Assembly: GCF_006345805.1 (NCBI RefSeq)
Contig: NC_043010.1
Coordinates: 45,136,001-45,200,000, forward strand
Origin: Octopus sinensis
Taxonomy: Eukaryota
DNA: 64,000 nt
Reading direction: 5' to 3'
Numbering within the stretch: position 1 is the stretch's first letter; every line of letters starts with the position of its first letter. Below, one piece after another: positions 24,950 through 38,350 of this stretch. The position numbers and the translations under genes are program-made. The notes under the pieces are model-generated. The model saw nothing but the letters and a program-made list of their open reading frames with translations. It ran no database searches and was not told the DNA's origin.

Positions 24950-25188
24950 CATCATCATCGTTTAACGTCCGCTTTCCATGCTAGCATGGGTTGGACGGTT
25001 CAACTGGGGTCTGGCAAGCCGGAAGGCTACACCAGGCCAGTCAGATCTGGCAGTGTTTCTACAGCTGGATGCCCTTCCTAACGCCAACCACTCCGAGAGT
25101 GTAGTGGGTGATTTTATGTGCCACCGACACAGGTGCCAGACGTGGCCGTCTACCAGCCTCGTCTGGCACCTGTGTCGGTGGCACATAA
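24950..25188 (-). mobile_element. RTE 3'-end fragment with a 5' inversion hairpin
   Basis: catcatcatcgtttaacgtccgctttccatgctagc terminus and a perfect 29-bp inverted repeat at the truncation point. Confidence 0.88.
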
Positions 25189-25257
25189 TAATTTCGTATC
25201 TTCTTTAAGAAGGTTTTAGTTCATGTTGTTTATGGAAGTTTATGAATGAAATGATTA

Positions 25258-25760
25258 GTGTCTGATGGAAATACCCAGGACCTCCGTTTTCAAGACCTCA
25301 GAACAACACTTATTGAGAGACAATATCCACCTGCACTAACAGACGATGGAATTAAGCATGCCAAGAAATTAGGCATTAAAATATCATATCACATCCCAGA
25401 ACACTACCGTATGTATCAACTCACAACCCTAGAAACATTGAGGCATACAACACTCATATACAAAATCAACCTATGCTCATTAGGGATCCAAAAATGAACA
25501 ACACTCTGGAAACAAATTTATGAAATGTATAAAGCAACACAAATTGCTGAAAAGAATTCTGACAGCGAGGCTTTACAAAACAACCATGAAACCAATGGTT
25601 AAAGAATGTGGACGCCCAAACTGTTGGACCTGTTGCAAGGCTCAGAATTCCTACTCAAACAAGGAGAGAGTTTCACAATTAAAACCAACTTCATTTGTGC
25701 TTCCAAGAATCTATTCTAGTCTATTCACCAATTACCTCCCCTTAGATTTTTCTACCTGTT
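25258..25760 (+). mobile_element. decayed Penelope-like element fragment (same family as 48802-50508)
   Basis: RFQDLRTTLIERQYPPALTDDGI and VKECGRPNCWTC parallel RLQKLKNTLIDRHYPAQLIEDGI and VKKCGRSNCATC in the downstream copy. Confidence 0.8.
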
Positions 25761-25976
25761 GATTCATTTCATTCACAAACTCCCATAAACAACTAAAATA
25801 TTGTTATGAAAATACAAAACTATTATGATAATTTCAATGTCATGATTAGCGAAAGCAAAATCAGTCAACAAACACGATAGTCTTTCTTTCATAAAATATA
25901 TTAAAATTATATGGACTGTGTGCATTTTCCTTCTTTTATTTTATGTATGTTTTTTGCTTTATATATATATATATAT

Positions 25977-26500
25977 ATCATCATCATCGTCCATTTTCCA
26001 TGCTAGCATTGGTTGACGGTTCGACTGGGGTCTGGAAAGCCAGGAGGCTGCACCAGGCTCCAGTCTAATCTGGTAGTGTTTCTACAGCTGGATGCCCTTC
26101 CTAACGCCAACCACTCCGTGAGTGTAGTGGGTGCTTTTTACATGTCACCGGCACGGAAGCCAGTCCAGGCAGCGTTGGTATCAGCCACGTTCAGATGGTG
26201 CTTTTTTACGTGCCACTGGCACAGGTATCACAACTACAATTTCCATTTGATTTTCATTTTAATGTTGATGTACTTGACTCAATAGGTCTCCTCAAGCACA
26301 GCAGGTCGCCCTATGATCCAAGGTAGTTTTGAATGGGCTGGGGCTGGTTATGCGAAACTGGTGTAGGATACGGCCATGAACTCACTTTATTTGCTAGATC
26401 TTTGCAGTCACAGCATATCTCTAGAGGTCTCGATCTTCCATTATTGCCTTTGTCAGGCCCAACATTTGAAGGCCATGCTTCACCACCTCATCTGTCGGTT
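25977..26500 (-). mobile_element. RTE 3'-end fragment
   Basis: Same terminus, 3' UTR and end of ORF as the 18489-20930 element. Confidence 0.88.
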
Positions 26501-26977
26501 GAATAAAGTGTCATCAAAGCAGATGTTCATTGGTAATTATTTTGTAACACTTGTGCGTATTCATCAGCTTTGTTTTTGCTGATAAGAATTATCAACAACT
26601 TTCCTGTGATCGAGATTTGAGAAGACATACAGAAGTATGCTAAATATTGGACATAATCTCTTGTGGGCAAGAAATGTAAAATAAAGTTTATTAAAAACAA
26701 TAGAAACTCTTCATAATTTAATAGCTTTCAATGTGATAGCTGTTAAATAGAAATTATTTTTATTTAATGAAAATTTAATAAAATCTAACCATAAGTAATT
26801 GAAATTATGCTAAATACTACTAAATTGAAAACCTTTTTCCCCTGGCCATATCGATAATTCTGGAGACTTTTGGGTACGAATTTTACATGAGTAGAAGCAT
26901 TTTTTGATCATTTTTATCCTGAAAATCACCTGCATAAATTACACAGGTGTGTAAATTACATGGGTTTTTATGGTGTA

Positions 26978-27045
<68 letters not shown>

Positions 27046-27048
<3 letters not shown>

Positions 27049-27975
27049 TTATCATCATCGTCATTCGTCTGTTTTCCATGCTAGTATGGGTTGGATGATT
27101 CGACTAGGGTCTGGGAAACCACGAGGCTACACTGAGCTCCTGTCTGATCCAGCAGTGTTTCTACAGCTGGATGCCCTTCCTAATGCCAACCACTCCGTGA
27201 GTGTAGTGGGTGCTTTTTACATGCCACCGGCACAGATGCCAGTCAAGGCAGTGCTGGCATTGGCCATGTTCGGATGGTGCATTTTACATGCCATCACAAC
27301 TACAATTTCCATTTGATTTTTATTTTATGTTGATGTACTTGACTCAATAGGCCTCCTCAAGCACTGCAGGTTGCCCTACAATCCAAGGTAAGCACAGCAG
27401 GCCTGTTTCTTTGCTCCAATGGCTTTGTCTACCGTATTATTCCACCACCACGTAACTCTAGGTCTGGAAGGGATTTTGCACCATTCGCAGACTTGGTCTG
27501 TGGCACTCAGCAAGCTGTCCTGTAGGAATTTCCAGCTACCTTCTATGTCCGATGTCTGTAGCTCTTCCTCCCTCTCCTCAAATTTCTTGATGAGGATGTC
27601 CCTAAATCTCTGTCCATATGAAGGGTTCTTTAGCTACCAAATCCTTCTTTTTTGGATTGGTCCACTCTTGGTATCCTTCTGGCCTCGAGCCTAAAGTCAC
27701 TAATGACTAGCCTATGCTGGAGGGTACATTCTTCAAGTGTCTTTGTATTTAAGAGCAACCCTGCGTCCCTTGTCTGGTGAGGATGAAATCAATGTGGCTT
27801 GCAGAGTCCCCTGATTGATAGGTTATAAGGTGGTTTTCTGGCTTCCTGAAGTTAGGTTACATGCATCTCAGAACTCCAGTAGCCTGGTTCCCTCATCATT
27901 TCGGGTGCCAATACCATAGCCACCGTGTACCCCAGTGAAGATACAAGATTCCTGCCCAACATGCCCATTAAAACT
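27046..27975 (-). mobile_element. internally deleted RTE (endonuclease region fused to the 3' UTR)
   Basis: 3' UTR at 27046-27400. The - strand GIGTRNDEGTRLLEF (APE domain) lies at ~27860-27915 and no RT lies between them. Confidence 0.7.
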
Positions 27976-28039
27976 TAGGTAAATATGTTGTTTTTTTTTT
28001 TATCAAACACTAGTCTTGGAACTTTTTGATGCTCTCTCG

Positions 28040-29030
28040 TATACAACGGACATCTTTCAGTTTCCATCAACCAAATCTACTAGTATGTGAAGGGAGATAA
28101 TCCTCAATGGATTTAGTATTGATTGTTTCCCTTGTTGTAAATTTAGTGTGGTAGAGTATTGAGGACTGTTGTTTGTCGTCATATTGTCTGAAATGTTTAT
28201 TTAGTCTTTCCACAATGCTTCTAGATGTGTCACCTATGTATATCATGTTCTTGTCTTTACAAGAGCCCTCTATGCACCTTATGCTGTAGACTACATTTCT
28301 AGTTCTATAGTTAATGCCAGGGTTAATCTTACATACCATGCAGTTGTCATTGGTGCATATGGTATTCTCAAAGGGATACATTCTACATAGTTGTGATCTG
28401 ATGGAACTCCCTGTCTTTTCAACGATCTTAATGTTGTGTTTGGTCTCCATCAGAGCTTTTCTACATCTACGGGCTAGTTCTCCATGGGCTGTGGCGTCTA
28501 CAGACATCAGTCCCCGATATTTGTTGATCTTGTACCATGTGGTCACCATGTTTGCTTTGTCACGAACTCTTTGTGTCCTACTCCAGTTTTTGCTTCTATA
28601 TCTAGGACAAGTACCATTGGTTTTATTACATATAATGCTATCTAACTTCTTTCTACCTTCCCTGTATACCCGAACCCTATCTTTCTGATCATATCCAGAG
28701 AATTGCATGCAGTGCATGAAGTTCTGTACATGTTTCTTTGTTTCATCTGGTTTGCATTGTGGGGACGTATTCAATATCCTAATTAAGTCTATCTGTATGT
28801 TGATTTTCATGCGTGACAAAGCTGAGTTTTTGTGAACAACATATTTAGAAGCTATGGGTTCCATGTAAAGGGAGTGGAGGAGCTAGTACTCTGTTATTCA
28901 CAGTCTCTAACCAAAGTTCTGTATCTAGGACAGGAAGTCTATTGTTAGGGTGTCTAGTGGGGTAATCTATAATTACTTTGATACTTTGATGGATGGAATT
29001 AGCTACGTGCTGGATTTTTTTCCATTATGC
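28040..29030 (-). mobile_element. Penelope-like element, RT thumb and GIY-YIG endonuclease fragment
   Basis: ORF 28067-28864: MEPIASKYVVHKNSALS...MQFSGYD...CTNDNCMVC...NVVYSIRC...IYIGDTSRSIVERLNKH. Confidence 0.88.
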
Positions 29031-29169
29031 TCCTCTCAGTTTCTACATTAGTCACTATATATATATATATATATAGATGAGTGTATTTTTCCTTTGTTAA
29101 CAATTAACATGGAAACATGTGCCGGAAGTAAAAGTATTTAAATTATACCTGCTTTAAACTCCATTTATT

Positions 29170-29211
<42 letters not shown>

Positions 29212-29215
29212 TATA

Positions 29216-31085
29216 TCATCATCATCATCATTTAGCATCTGCTTTCCATGCTAGCATGGGTTGGATGGTTCAACTGGGGTCTGGGAAGCCAGAAAGCTGC
29301 ACCAGGCCCAGTCTGATCTGGCAATGTTTCTATGGCTGGATGCCCTTCCTAATGCCAACCACTCCGTGAGTGTAGTGGGTGCTTTAAGAAACATACATTT
29401 TCAGTATATAGTTCCTCTTAATACAAACAAGTTCAAGCGTAATATCCATATGAGGATTTTTTTTTTCTTTTCGTCAAAGTTGAAGTTAAAATTATACTTA
29501 TATTTGTATTTATATCCATCGAGTTAATATAGTTGCGTAGAATAATTCAACAAAAATTTTTTTTCAAATAATAGAGCTTTTGATTATGTATGATAGATAT
29601 GCTATATGTTATAGTAATATTTTAGAGTTTCAAAATTATTGGGGGTTAGGGAGCGATTATTTTAAATCATAAGTTATTTCTAATTGGCTTATACATTTGA
29701 ATTTATACGCTTAAATTACTGTTAGATAATAGAAGGTCTGATTATTAAGTAAATAAATCCTGTTAGTCTCTTGTATTAACAATGTATATCTTTAAATTAA
29801 CTTTTAGATATTAAAAGTAAACAAAGCGTTCCTACAATAATTAATACAATTGTAAGTTAAGACATCATCATCATCATCATCATCGTTTAATGTCCGTTCT
29901 CCATGCTAGCATGGGTTGGACGGTTCAACCAGGGATCTGGGAAGCCAGAAGGCTGCACCAGGCTCCGGTCTTATCTGGCAATGTTTCTACAGCTGGATGC
30001 CCTTCCTAACGCCAACCACTCCGTGAGTGTAGTGGGTGCTTTTTACGTGCCACCTGCACTGGTGCCAGGCGAGGCTGGCATCGGCCACGGTCGGATTGGT
30101 GCATTTTACGTGCCACCTGCACGGAAGCCAGTCGAGGCGGCACTGGCTTCGGCCACAATTCGGATGGTGCTTTTTACGTGCCACCGACACGGAAGCCAGT
30201 CGAGGTGGCGCTGGCATCGGCCACGATTCGGATAGTGCTTTTTACGTATCTCCAGTCCAGGGGTCCTGGCATCTTTACAAAAATAAACCATATAAAACTC
30301 CGACCATGTTTTATACAATCGTAATGTATACATACATCACATATAAACATATATCCGTTGAAATATACAGATCATCATCATTATCATCATCGTTTAGCGT
30401 CCGCTTTCCATGCTGGCATGGGTTGGACGGTTCAACTGGGGTCTGGGAAGCCAGAAGGCTGCACCAGGCCCAGTCTGATCTGGCAATGTTTCTACAGCTG
30501 GATGCCCTTCCTAACACCAACCACTCCAGACGAGGCTGGCAAACGGCCATGATGATCGGATGGTGCTTTTTACGTGCCACCAGCACGGAGTCCAGGCGAG
30601 GCTGGCAATGGCCAGATATATACGTATATACCCACACATGTATTTATATATTCTCACAGAACGTCACAATACATATATATACAGTCCTACCTGTGCTTTC
30701 ACTACATGAATAGCTTATAAGCCCCATCCCCACAAAACATACTTAAGTATCATACACAAATTTCTCTCTCTCTCATTTTATCACATCTCCTTTTCTAATT
30801 TCCTCTATCTTCTTTCTATCGCTCCTCTCTTTATTTCTTGCACTATCTCTTCCATACCTGTTTATTTTTCACTCTCTGCTCACCTGACTGCAGACTCTTC
30901 TCTCTGGTCCACCTGCTTCAGCTCAGCCACTGCATTTTCCTTGCATGTCCTTATAAGAATGACAGAAAGTGTTTTGCCAGATCAGACTGGGCCTGGTGCA
31001 GCCTTCTGGCTTCCCAGACCCCAGTTGAACTGTCCAACCCATGCTAGCATGGAAAGCGAATGCTAAACGATGATGATGATGATAA
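29216..31085. mobile_element. cluster of four RTE 3'-end fragments: 29216-29385 (-), 29864-30270 (-), 30371-30620 (-), 30965-31085 (+)
   Basis: Shared catcatcatcgtttagc/aacgtcc...ctggatgcccttcctaacgccaacc terminus. Confidence 0.88.
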
Positions 31086-31094
31086 TGATGATAA

Positions 31095-31310
31095 TGATAA
31101 TCCTTTCTACCTTAGGCACAGGACCTGAATTTTGGCTGGAGGGGCTAGTTGATTACATCAACTCCAGTGTGCAACTGGCACTTATTTCATCGACCCCAGG
31201 GGATGAATGGTAAAGTCAACTACAGTGGAATTTGAACTCAGAAAGTAAAGACAGACAAAATATCATTAGGCATTTTGTCCAGATTGCTAATGATTCTGCC
31301 AGCTCAATGC
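31095..31310 (-). mobile_element. tRNA-derived SINE of a different family
   Basis: The reverse complement starts gagctggcagaatcattagc...gagttcaaattcc (A/B boxes) and has a ggtcgatgaaataagtgccagt core. Confidence 0.7.
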
Positions 31311-32384
31311 CTAAATAATAATAATAATAGTAATAATAATCCTTTCTACTATAGGCACAAGATCTGAAATTTTATGGAGGCGAGTATAGTCAAATACATC
31401 AACCATTACATCAAAAGGATGAAAACTCGCTGCCTTAGTAGTAGTAGTAGTGGTGGTGGTGGTGGGCGGCGGTGGCGCAAAATAGTGACATGTAACTGGA
31501 CCTTTCACATACACTTTCTCATTATATTATTTAATTTTGTCATCATTTTCAGACCAAGTTTTCGAACATGCTCATACAATATATTTATTATCATAAAAAT
31601 TAGCTTGTTTTTTGAAACAAGCATAATGCCACATCAAATTACAGTGTTATTATAAAATGAAAACTTACTTTATATGATTGTCATAAATCTATTATTCTTG
31701 AAGAACAAGCTTAATTCCAGTCTAATATTTAATGATATAGAGAATATTTAGATGATGGAAACTAAGTTGGTTTGGAATCTGTGTATGTTAATCACTAAAG
31801 CAGCAAGAGATTAAAGATGTGTTGATTTTCCATATTAATGTTGGATTGTTGTTTTGGAAATTTTGGAGTGGATTTTTTTTACCAAAAGGTATCATTATCA
31901 ATAAAATACAGTAAAATGGAATTCATTTCCAGTTAATTATATTGGGGTAGATAAGTATTTTCGTTAAGGATACAAAGCAATACTTGTGTGACTTGATGTT
32001 TTGAACTTTAGATAATTTTCTTGGATTTTTTATCTTCAAACAAGCATGTTTAAAATAAGGTCTCTATACCTAACTTAAGTCCAATTTGGAAGCTTCTGAC
32101 ATTATTGTGGTCTTGGTCGAAAACACGTTACTCTTTTTGCTTCACCCTATCAAATAGAAAATAGATATTGCTCTAAATTTGCCAGAAGATATTCTGGTTG
32201 TAAAATATCTGCTCCATCAATCAATGCAAATATGCAATACTTTTGAATCATCTGAGTTAATTTATCATCAGTTGGATGGATAGGGAACATGAACATGATT
32301 TTGTTTTCTTTTTAATTGGAAATTAAATATAATATTGATACAATTAATTATAATATTGATACAACAAAATTTATTTATTTCCAG

Positions 32385-32444
32385 AAAGATATAGAATACC
32401 AATGGGCCATGAAATGTCATGATAATGCAGATGTCCACTACAGT
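32385..32444 (+). CDS. PBDC1: PBDC1 exon (KDIEYQWAMKCHDNADVHYS)
   Basis: tttccag| ... |gtaagt, 60 nt. Matches the DIEMAWAMRAMQHAEVYYK segment of PBDC1. Confidence 0.93.
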
Positions 32445-35400
32445 GTAAGTAATATTTAATTAGACATATAACAGAATATTGATAACTCCTACTGCTTGCT
32501 ATGAAGTTGCAGTTTGGGATTGAAATCACAATCAGGCATTGTCTTCATATCCATCTTTTATGTACAGATTCATTGACAACATGACAACTGTTTTCCCTCC
32601 AATATCACGAAGATACACTGCATATCAAAAATCAGTTTTGCACTGCATGCTCCATTTACATAAATAACATACAATTGAAGTGTCTTCAAATGTTAGGTCT
32701 CACTATTTCTGATCTCTGGCTCTCACACACACTTACGCAACACACATAGGATCTCTTTGTACCTCATACGCTCTACCATCTGCTTTTCTGTTCTGTCAGT
32801 TATCGCTCCTTTCCTTGCACCACTTGTTATTGACCTCTACTCCACACATATTTATTTCTATCCATCACCCCTCTCTTCTCCTTTGCCACCCTTTCACCCC
32901 AATAATTTTTGTTTCTACCATCATACTTAAGCTCCCTTCACCCTTTCATCAGGTGTTTGCCATCATTTTCTCTTCTGTTCATCTTTTCCATTGTGTTACC
33001 TTGAGCAAACAAACTCGACATTGAGTGGTATGAATTCTCTAAACTTACAAAGTAACTTCATTAGTGCTGGTGTCACAATAAAATACACTCATTGTACTCT
33101 GTAAAGAGTACAGTAATAGGAAGTGCATCCAGCCATAGAAGCTAAGTCACAAATGAAACCTGCTGGTGAGACATGATCCTCTAACCCATGTAATTGCAAA
33201 CAAGAACTGATTCAGACCTTTGTGACCCTATCCAACGATGTCAGTTTGCAAAATGGACATAAAATGATGATGATTTAAATGTTATACACACACACGTGTG
33301 TGTGTGTGTGTGTGTGTGTATCAGATTCTTCATTTTGAATCAGAAAATACATCAGTTCTGCTCAGTTGATGACTCTTTACAAAATTCATCTATGATCTGC
33401 TTTGTAAGAATATTACACATACAAACCTTTTTGACCATATTGAAATAAAGGTCATTTAAATTTAAAATAATTTATATTAAGTATAAGCAGGGATTCACAA
33501 ACACAAATGATTTATGTTTCTTCTAACACTACAGCAACGACTTTGGCTCATCTGATTTAGTAAGATGTATGCTGCTACTTCCACCTAAACCCAACTAAAT
33601 ACCTATATCTCCTCCAAACAATCACTCATCCATAAAATTCTGCCATTAACTCTTTTTCCCAATAATTCCTCCTCATCACTGTAACTGTCTGACATTTTCT
33701 CCCTATTCGTGTTTCCCCTGCAGAAATCTAAATGGAACATCAAATGCATCAATCTCAGCTCCCTAAGGGAACTGACTAACTGATATTGATAAAGCAAAAC
33801 AACAAATGCAAAAGATTAAGCTTACTCATACTTAAGAAGTGTAACAAGTAGTGTTGTTGTAGAAGTGGTTAAAACTTGTAGCATGGTTAAAAAGTTCATT
33901 CTTGCTTGATTATACTGTATGAAATTTGACAAATGTTTTCAACCATATCCTCATTGAGTGACATTGGGTGATCAGGACATCTGGCAGGCTTCAACACAGA
34001 CTCTGTATTGAAGCCAGTCAGATAAATTATACCTGTAATTTTTAAAGGTCCAGCTTTGTCACACTGAGTCACCCTGATTCCATCTCAGGACTATGTTAAG
34101 GATACATGTGTCTGTAGAATGCTCAGCTGCTCTCATACTAACACAATGAACAAGCAGCTCAGTTAATTGAACAACTGATTATCGAAACTTATGGAGGTTC
34201 ATTGTCATCATCATTTTAACCTACACATTTCCAAGCTCACTTAGGTTGAACAGAAGTCATTGCGGTCAGATGTCCTTCCTGTCACCAACTCTCACCTATT
34301 TCCAAGCAAGATACTATTTCCCAATAGTCATATATGTTTTTACAGTATACTGGAAATGAATTGCACTGCTTGAACGTCAATGACATTCATTCACTATTTC
34401 CATGCAGTGTCATGGCAAGGAGACCCAAAGCACACACACACACACTAGCTCAAAGTGCAACACAGTGAAACTGAACCTGGAACCATGTGGTTGGGAAGCA
34501 TATAGCCATGCCTTCTTTTTTGTGGATCTACCTCTGAAAGCAGCTGAGTCTTTTAGCAGAATGTTTCTTCAGAACTCACTCATCTATGATGAGAATTATG
34601 AAACCAGTTATAGTGGAAATATATTTACCATAATCAATGCATTGTTAATGCTTTGTTTGCAAATGTTCTTATTATTGAAGCTGCTAATCAACCTGCATGT
34701 AAATGTTGTCACCAGTGCTGAGTGATGTTACATTTTACAGTATTACAGTTTGTGGAATTGGGTAATTTTGTCCACTGTAAGCTTTATGGTCTTTCCAGCA
34801 GCATGTGCTAAGCACTACCGTAGTACCTATTTGATGCTCATTTTGCAACTCCATTACTTGAAGATAATGATGAGTAGCACCTTGGGCAAATGTCTTTTTT
34901 TGTAATCTTAGGTTGATGAAAGCTTTGCAAATGAAAAATTTGGTGTGGAATCCCATTAGAGAGATGGTTTCTGTTCTTGGATGATAGATTTAACCTTTAG
35001 CATTTAAACTGGCCATATCTGGCCCAAATATTCTACATGTTTTACATTCCAATTGGCCATATATAGCTTTTCACACCTACCCTACAATTCTAAAATAAAC
35101 AGTAACATCGTCAAAACCTCAAAGCTATAAGAGAATTTTTAATTAATTCAAAACACTTTGAATAAAAATATATTTAACAAATATATCTGTTGCTTATTTA
35201 CCCACATTATTTTGAATTAATCATGCATTATCTTCTAGATTTGATATTTCAATGATGTATTTCTTTATCTTGAAAATGATGTAGGGTAGATGTGGCCAGA
35301 TCTGGCCAGTATGAACATAAAACTAGTAGAATATTTGGGCCAGAAACAGCCAGTTTAAATACTAATGGATTAATCCATTGTCTGGTTTAGCATTTGGGTT

Positions 35401-35798
35401 CCTATAGCAAAGTCCACTCTGTTGCAAGCATTCAGATGAGATCTCTGATTTTGGATTACTTCCTGTTTTTCTCTAAGAAGCATGAATGCTGTCTTAGCTC
35501 CTCTGAAGAAACCTTAATTGTTTTTTTAGATGCTTCTCCATTTCCAATTTGCTGAAATGTTGGAGCTACTGAGTTTTGGATTATCTCTTCTATTTTTGTT
35601 ACATCATTGTTATAAAGAGCATTTCAGTTGATGGGAACTAATGTGATAGACAGTTACTTAGTTCATTACAAAACTGCAGGTGAAAATATTGTTAGCTTCA
35701 TTTGACCATGCTTCCCATCAACTACAAAAAATGTTGATAAAAAAAAAACTATGTATTATCGCTATTTTATTTTTTAATGTCTTTCTTTTGTTTTACAG

Positions 35799-35939
35799 CT
35801 TATTTCTTCTTTAGAACCTGCTTACCTCCATCTCTCAGCTTTTGATGAAGAAATATACAAACATTTTAAAAGTTCATTTCCAGATTTAATCATTGATATC
35901 TTAAATGAAGATGAGCTTAAGTCAGAAAGTAGCAAAAAA
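35799..35939 (+). CDS. PBDC1: PBDC1 exon (LISSLEPAYLHLSAFDEEIYKHFKSSFPDLIIDILNEDELKSESSKK)
   Basis: ttttacag| ... |gtgagt, 141 nt. Matches LISSVDPQFLKLTKVDDQIY...ELKSESAKE. Confidence 0.96.
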
Positions 35940-36414
35940 GTGAGTTTGTTTCTTTGGTGTTATTTTACAACAGCCCTTTTTTTTTCATGTTTAAATTTAT
36001 GTCTTATTTCTCTTACTACAGAACTTTTTTTATTGAGGAAAAGATGTAACTAATTTAGCTTTAGTATTTTACTGATATTTATTTTAGCAATCCCAATGAA
36101 ATGAAAGCTAATCAGTTTTAGCTGGATTTGAACTCAGAACCATGTGATAGCAAAAGCATCTTGCCTGTTTCTGTACCATCTGTGCCTGCACTTTAGTGCA
36201 ATATTCTAGAATGTTATTAAATTTCTTTGTACTGGACTGGTTGCTTTGATTTCTACTTCAGTATGTAACAGTTCTACCAAGGTCTTTACTTCTATATTCT
36301 ATTGAGGTGGTCAGGAAAATTACTGGAACTTAATACCACAGCTGGCTTAGTTGATAGTATTCCATCTCTGTTGTATTCATAGCTAGAACACTTTATGGTT
36401 TACTTCAATGTTTT

Positions 36415-38350
36415 AATTCAGCAAAGGGCCATGTGCAACTGATTATTGCAAGTTATAAAAAATAAACCTTGTATTTCAATATTTGTGAGATACCCATTCA
36501 GGCAGGTAAGAAGAATATTTGCCAGAACCTTGCCAGCAGCTGATAGTAGAGCAATACCTCTATAGTTACCACACATTATTCTGGCTCCTTTTCCTTTATA
36601 GAGAGGAAGAATAATTGCACCCTTCCAGTCCTTAGGCATTGCACCATCCCTCCAGACTACACTAATAAGTTCATGAAGGGACTGTATGATGTAATCATCA
36701 CCAAATTGCAAGACCTCAGCACAAATTCCATCCCTTCCAAGTGCCCTACCAAGATTCAATTTGTTTATTGCTATCATTACCTCATCTATTGAGGGCTTGG
36801 AATTTAAGGAGCCAATGATAGCTTTTTGTTGCATAGTATCAATCGCTGTTTCATCCACAACTGACTCATAGTTCAGAGAAGTGGTCAATCCAGCAACCTG
36901 TGATTTCTGTTGATTTAGTAAATGGAGAAGAAGACACCTTGGAAAGCAAAGGAGCTGATGCAGAGCTCTTAGGCCCATAAACTTGTTTCATAAGATGGTA
37001 AAGCTTCTTGCTGTCATTTGCATCAGCAGCAACCTGAACATCACGAGCTAGATCCTCCCACCAAGTGTTCTGCATCTTCCTGAGAGATCACTGTTGTAGT
37101 GATTTTACACTGCTACAGTGGGCAAGTGCTAGATTTTGCTGCATAGCTGAAAGTCCTCTGTGCTGCAATACATTGTGTGCATGGCACTTTACAATCAATA
37201 GTTGCTGAGCTTCAGCATCATTTTCATCAAACCAGTCTCTGTGTCTGACAGTAGCATAATCCCAGTGTTTCAGCAGCGCATTGAAGAACCTGGTCTCGAA
37301 AATCTTCCCATACTGTACTATTTCAATGCTGGACAAGCGAGTCTGAAGCTCTTTCCTCAACACAACATCATATATCTTGTGGACATTCAGACACTGAGGA
37401 ATGCCAACTAGCCCTCTTCTCTCTTTCACTCTAATCATCATCCGGAACTTTGCTTGCACCAGACTGTGGTCTGTCCAGTATTCCGATCCATGAATGAATT
37501 TGACATTACAAATATCATAGATGTCATGCTTGTGGATGATGACATAATCCAGCAAGTGCCAAACTTTAGACCTTGGATACAGACACTTTGTGCATAAAAT
37601 GAGTCCTTGCAATGTAAAGTCCTTGTTCATCGCAAAGCTCCAGCAGCATGAGACCATTGCTATTCATTTTCCCTACACCAAAACGTCTTAGAGAGTTCCA
37701 TGTTTGCCACTCTGTTCCAACCTTGGCATTGAAATCTCCCAGTAGAATGACTTTATCAAAATTGCAGATTTTCCTAAGTATGGCTTTCAACTGAGTATAA
37801 AAATAGTTTTATCTTCATCACAACTAGTCAAGTAGGTGCATAGGCACTTATTAGAGTTGCAAACCGCCCATCTTTCAGGTGCAATTGTAGAGTCATTAGG
37901 CGTTCATTTATAGGAACAGTAAGTTCCTCCAACTTCTTAAGGATAGCAGATTGAACTACGAAGACAACACCAGCCTCTCTGCGTTCCTCCTTCAGCCTTC
38001 CCTTCCAGAAAAGGTGTATCCACTTCCTACTTCCTCAAGCTGACCATCACCTTCTATACGAGACTCTGAAAGTACAGCTATATCAATGTTATAGTGGTTC
38101 CACTCACGAGCAACAAGTGCAGTGTGTCTTTCAGGCCTACAATCATTCGTGTTATCCAACAGTACACATATTCCATCCAGATATTGTAGAAAAAGGTCTC
38201 TTTGTTTCTTGAGCGCAGGATGGACATCCATCAGTCGTGTTAAACTGACCAGATATAGAAAGACAGGCAATTTTTGGTTCACCATTTCTAGAACCTCCCA
38301 ACCTCCAGGTGAGCAGTGCCCCCTCTAAATGGAGCTGCTCAGACACCCAT
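36415..38350 (-). mobile_element. decayed RTE LINE, 5' half (APE and start of RT), antisense in a PBDC1 intron
   Basis: IDIAVLSESR, VILLGDFNAKVG, LDYVII, TDHSLV, ALGRDGI and GNYRGIALLS in broken frames. Confidence 0.9.

Noticed and set aside
30040-30250. Regularly spaced repeats as a CRISPR array
   Set aside because: The context is eukaryotic, the units are contiguous without unique spacers, and no cas genes are present.
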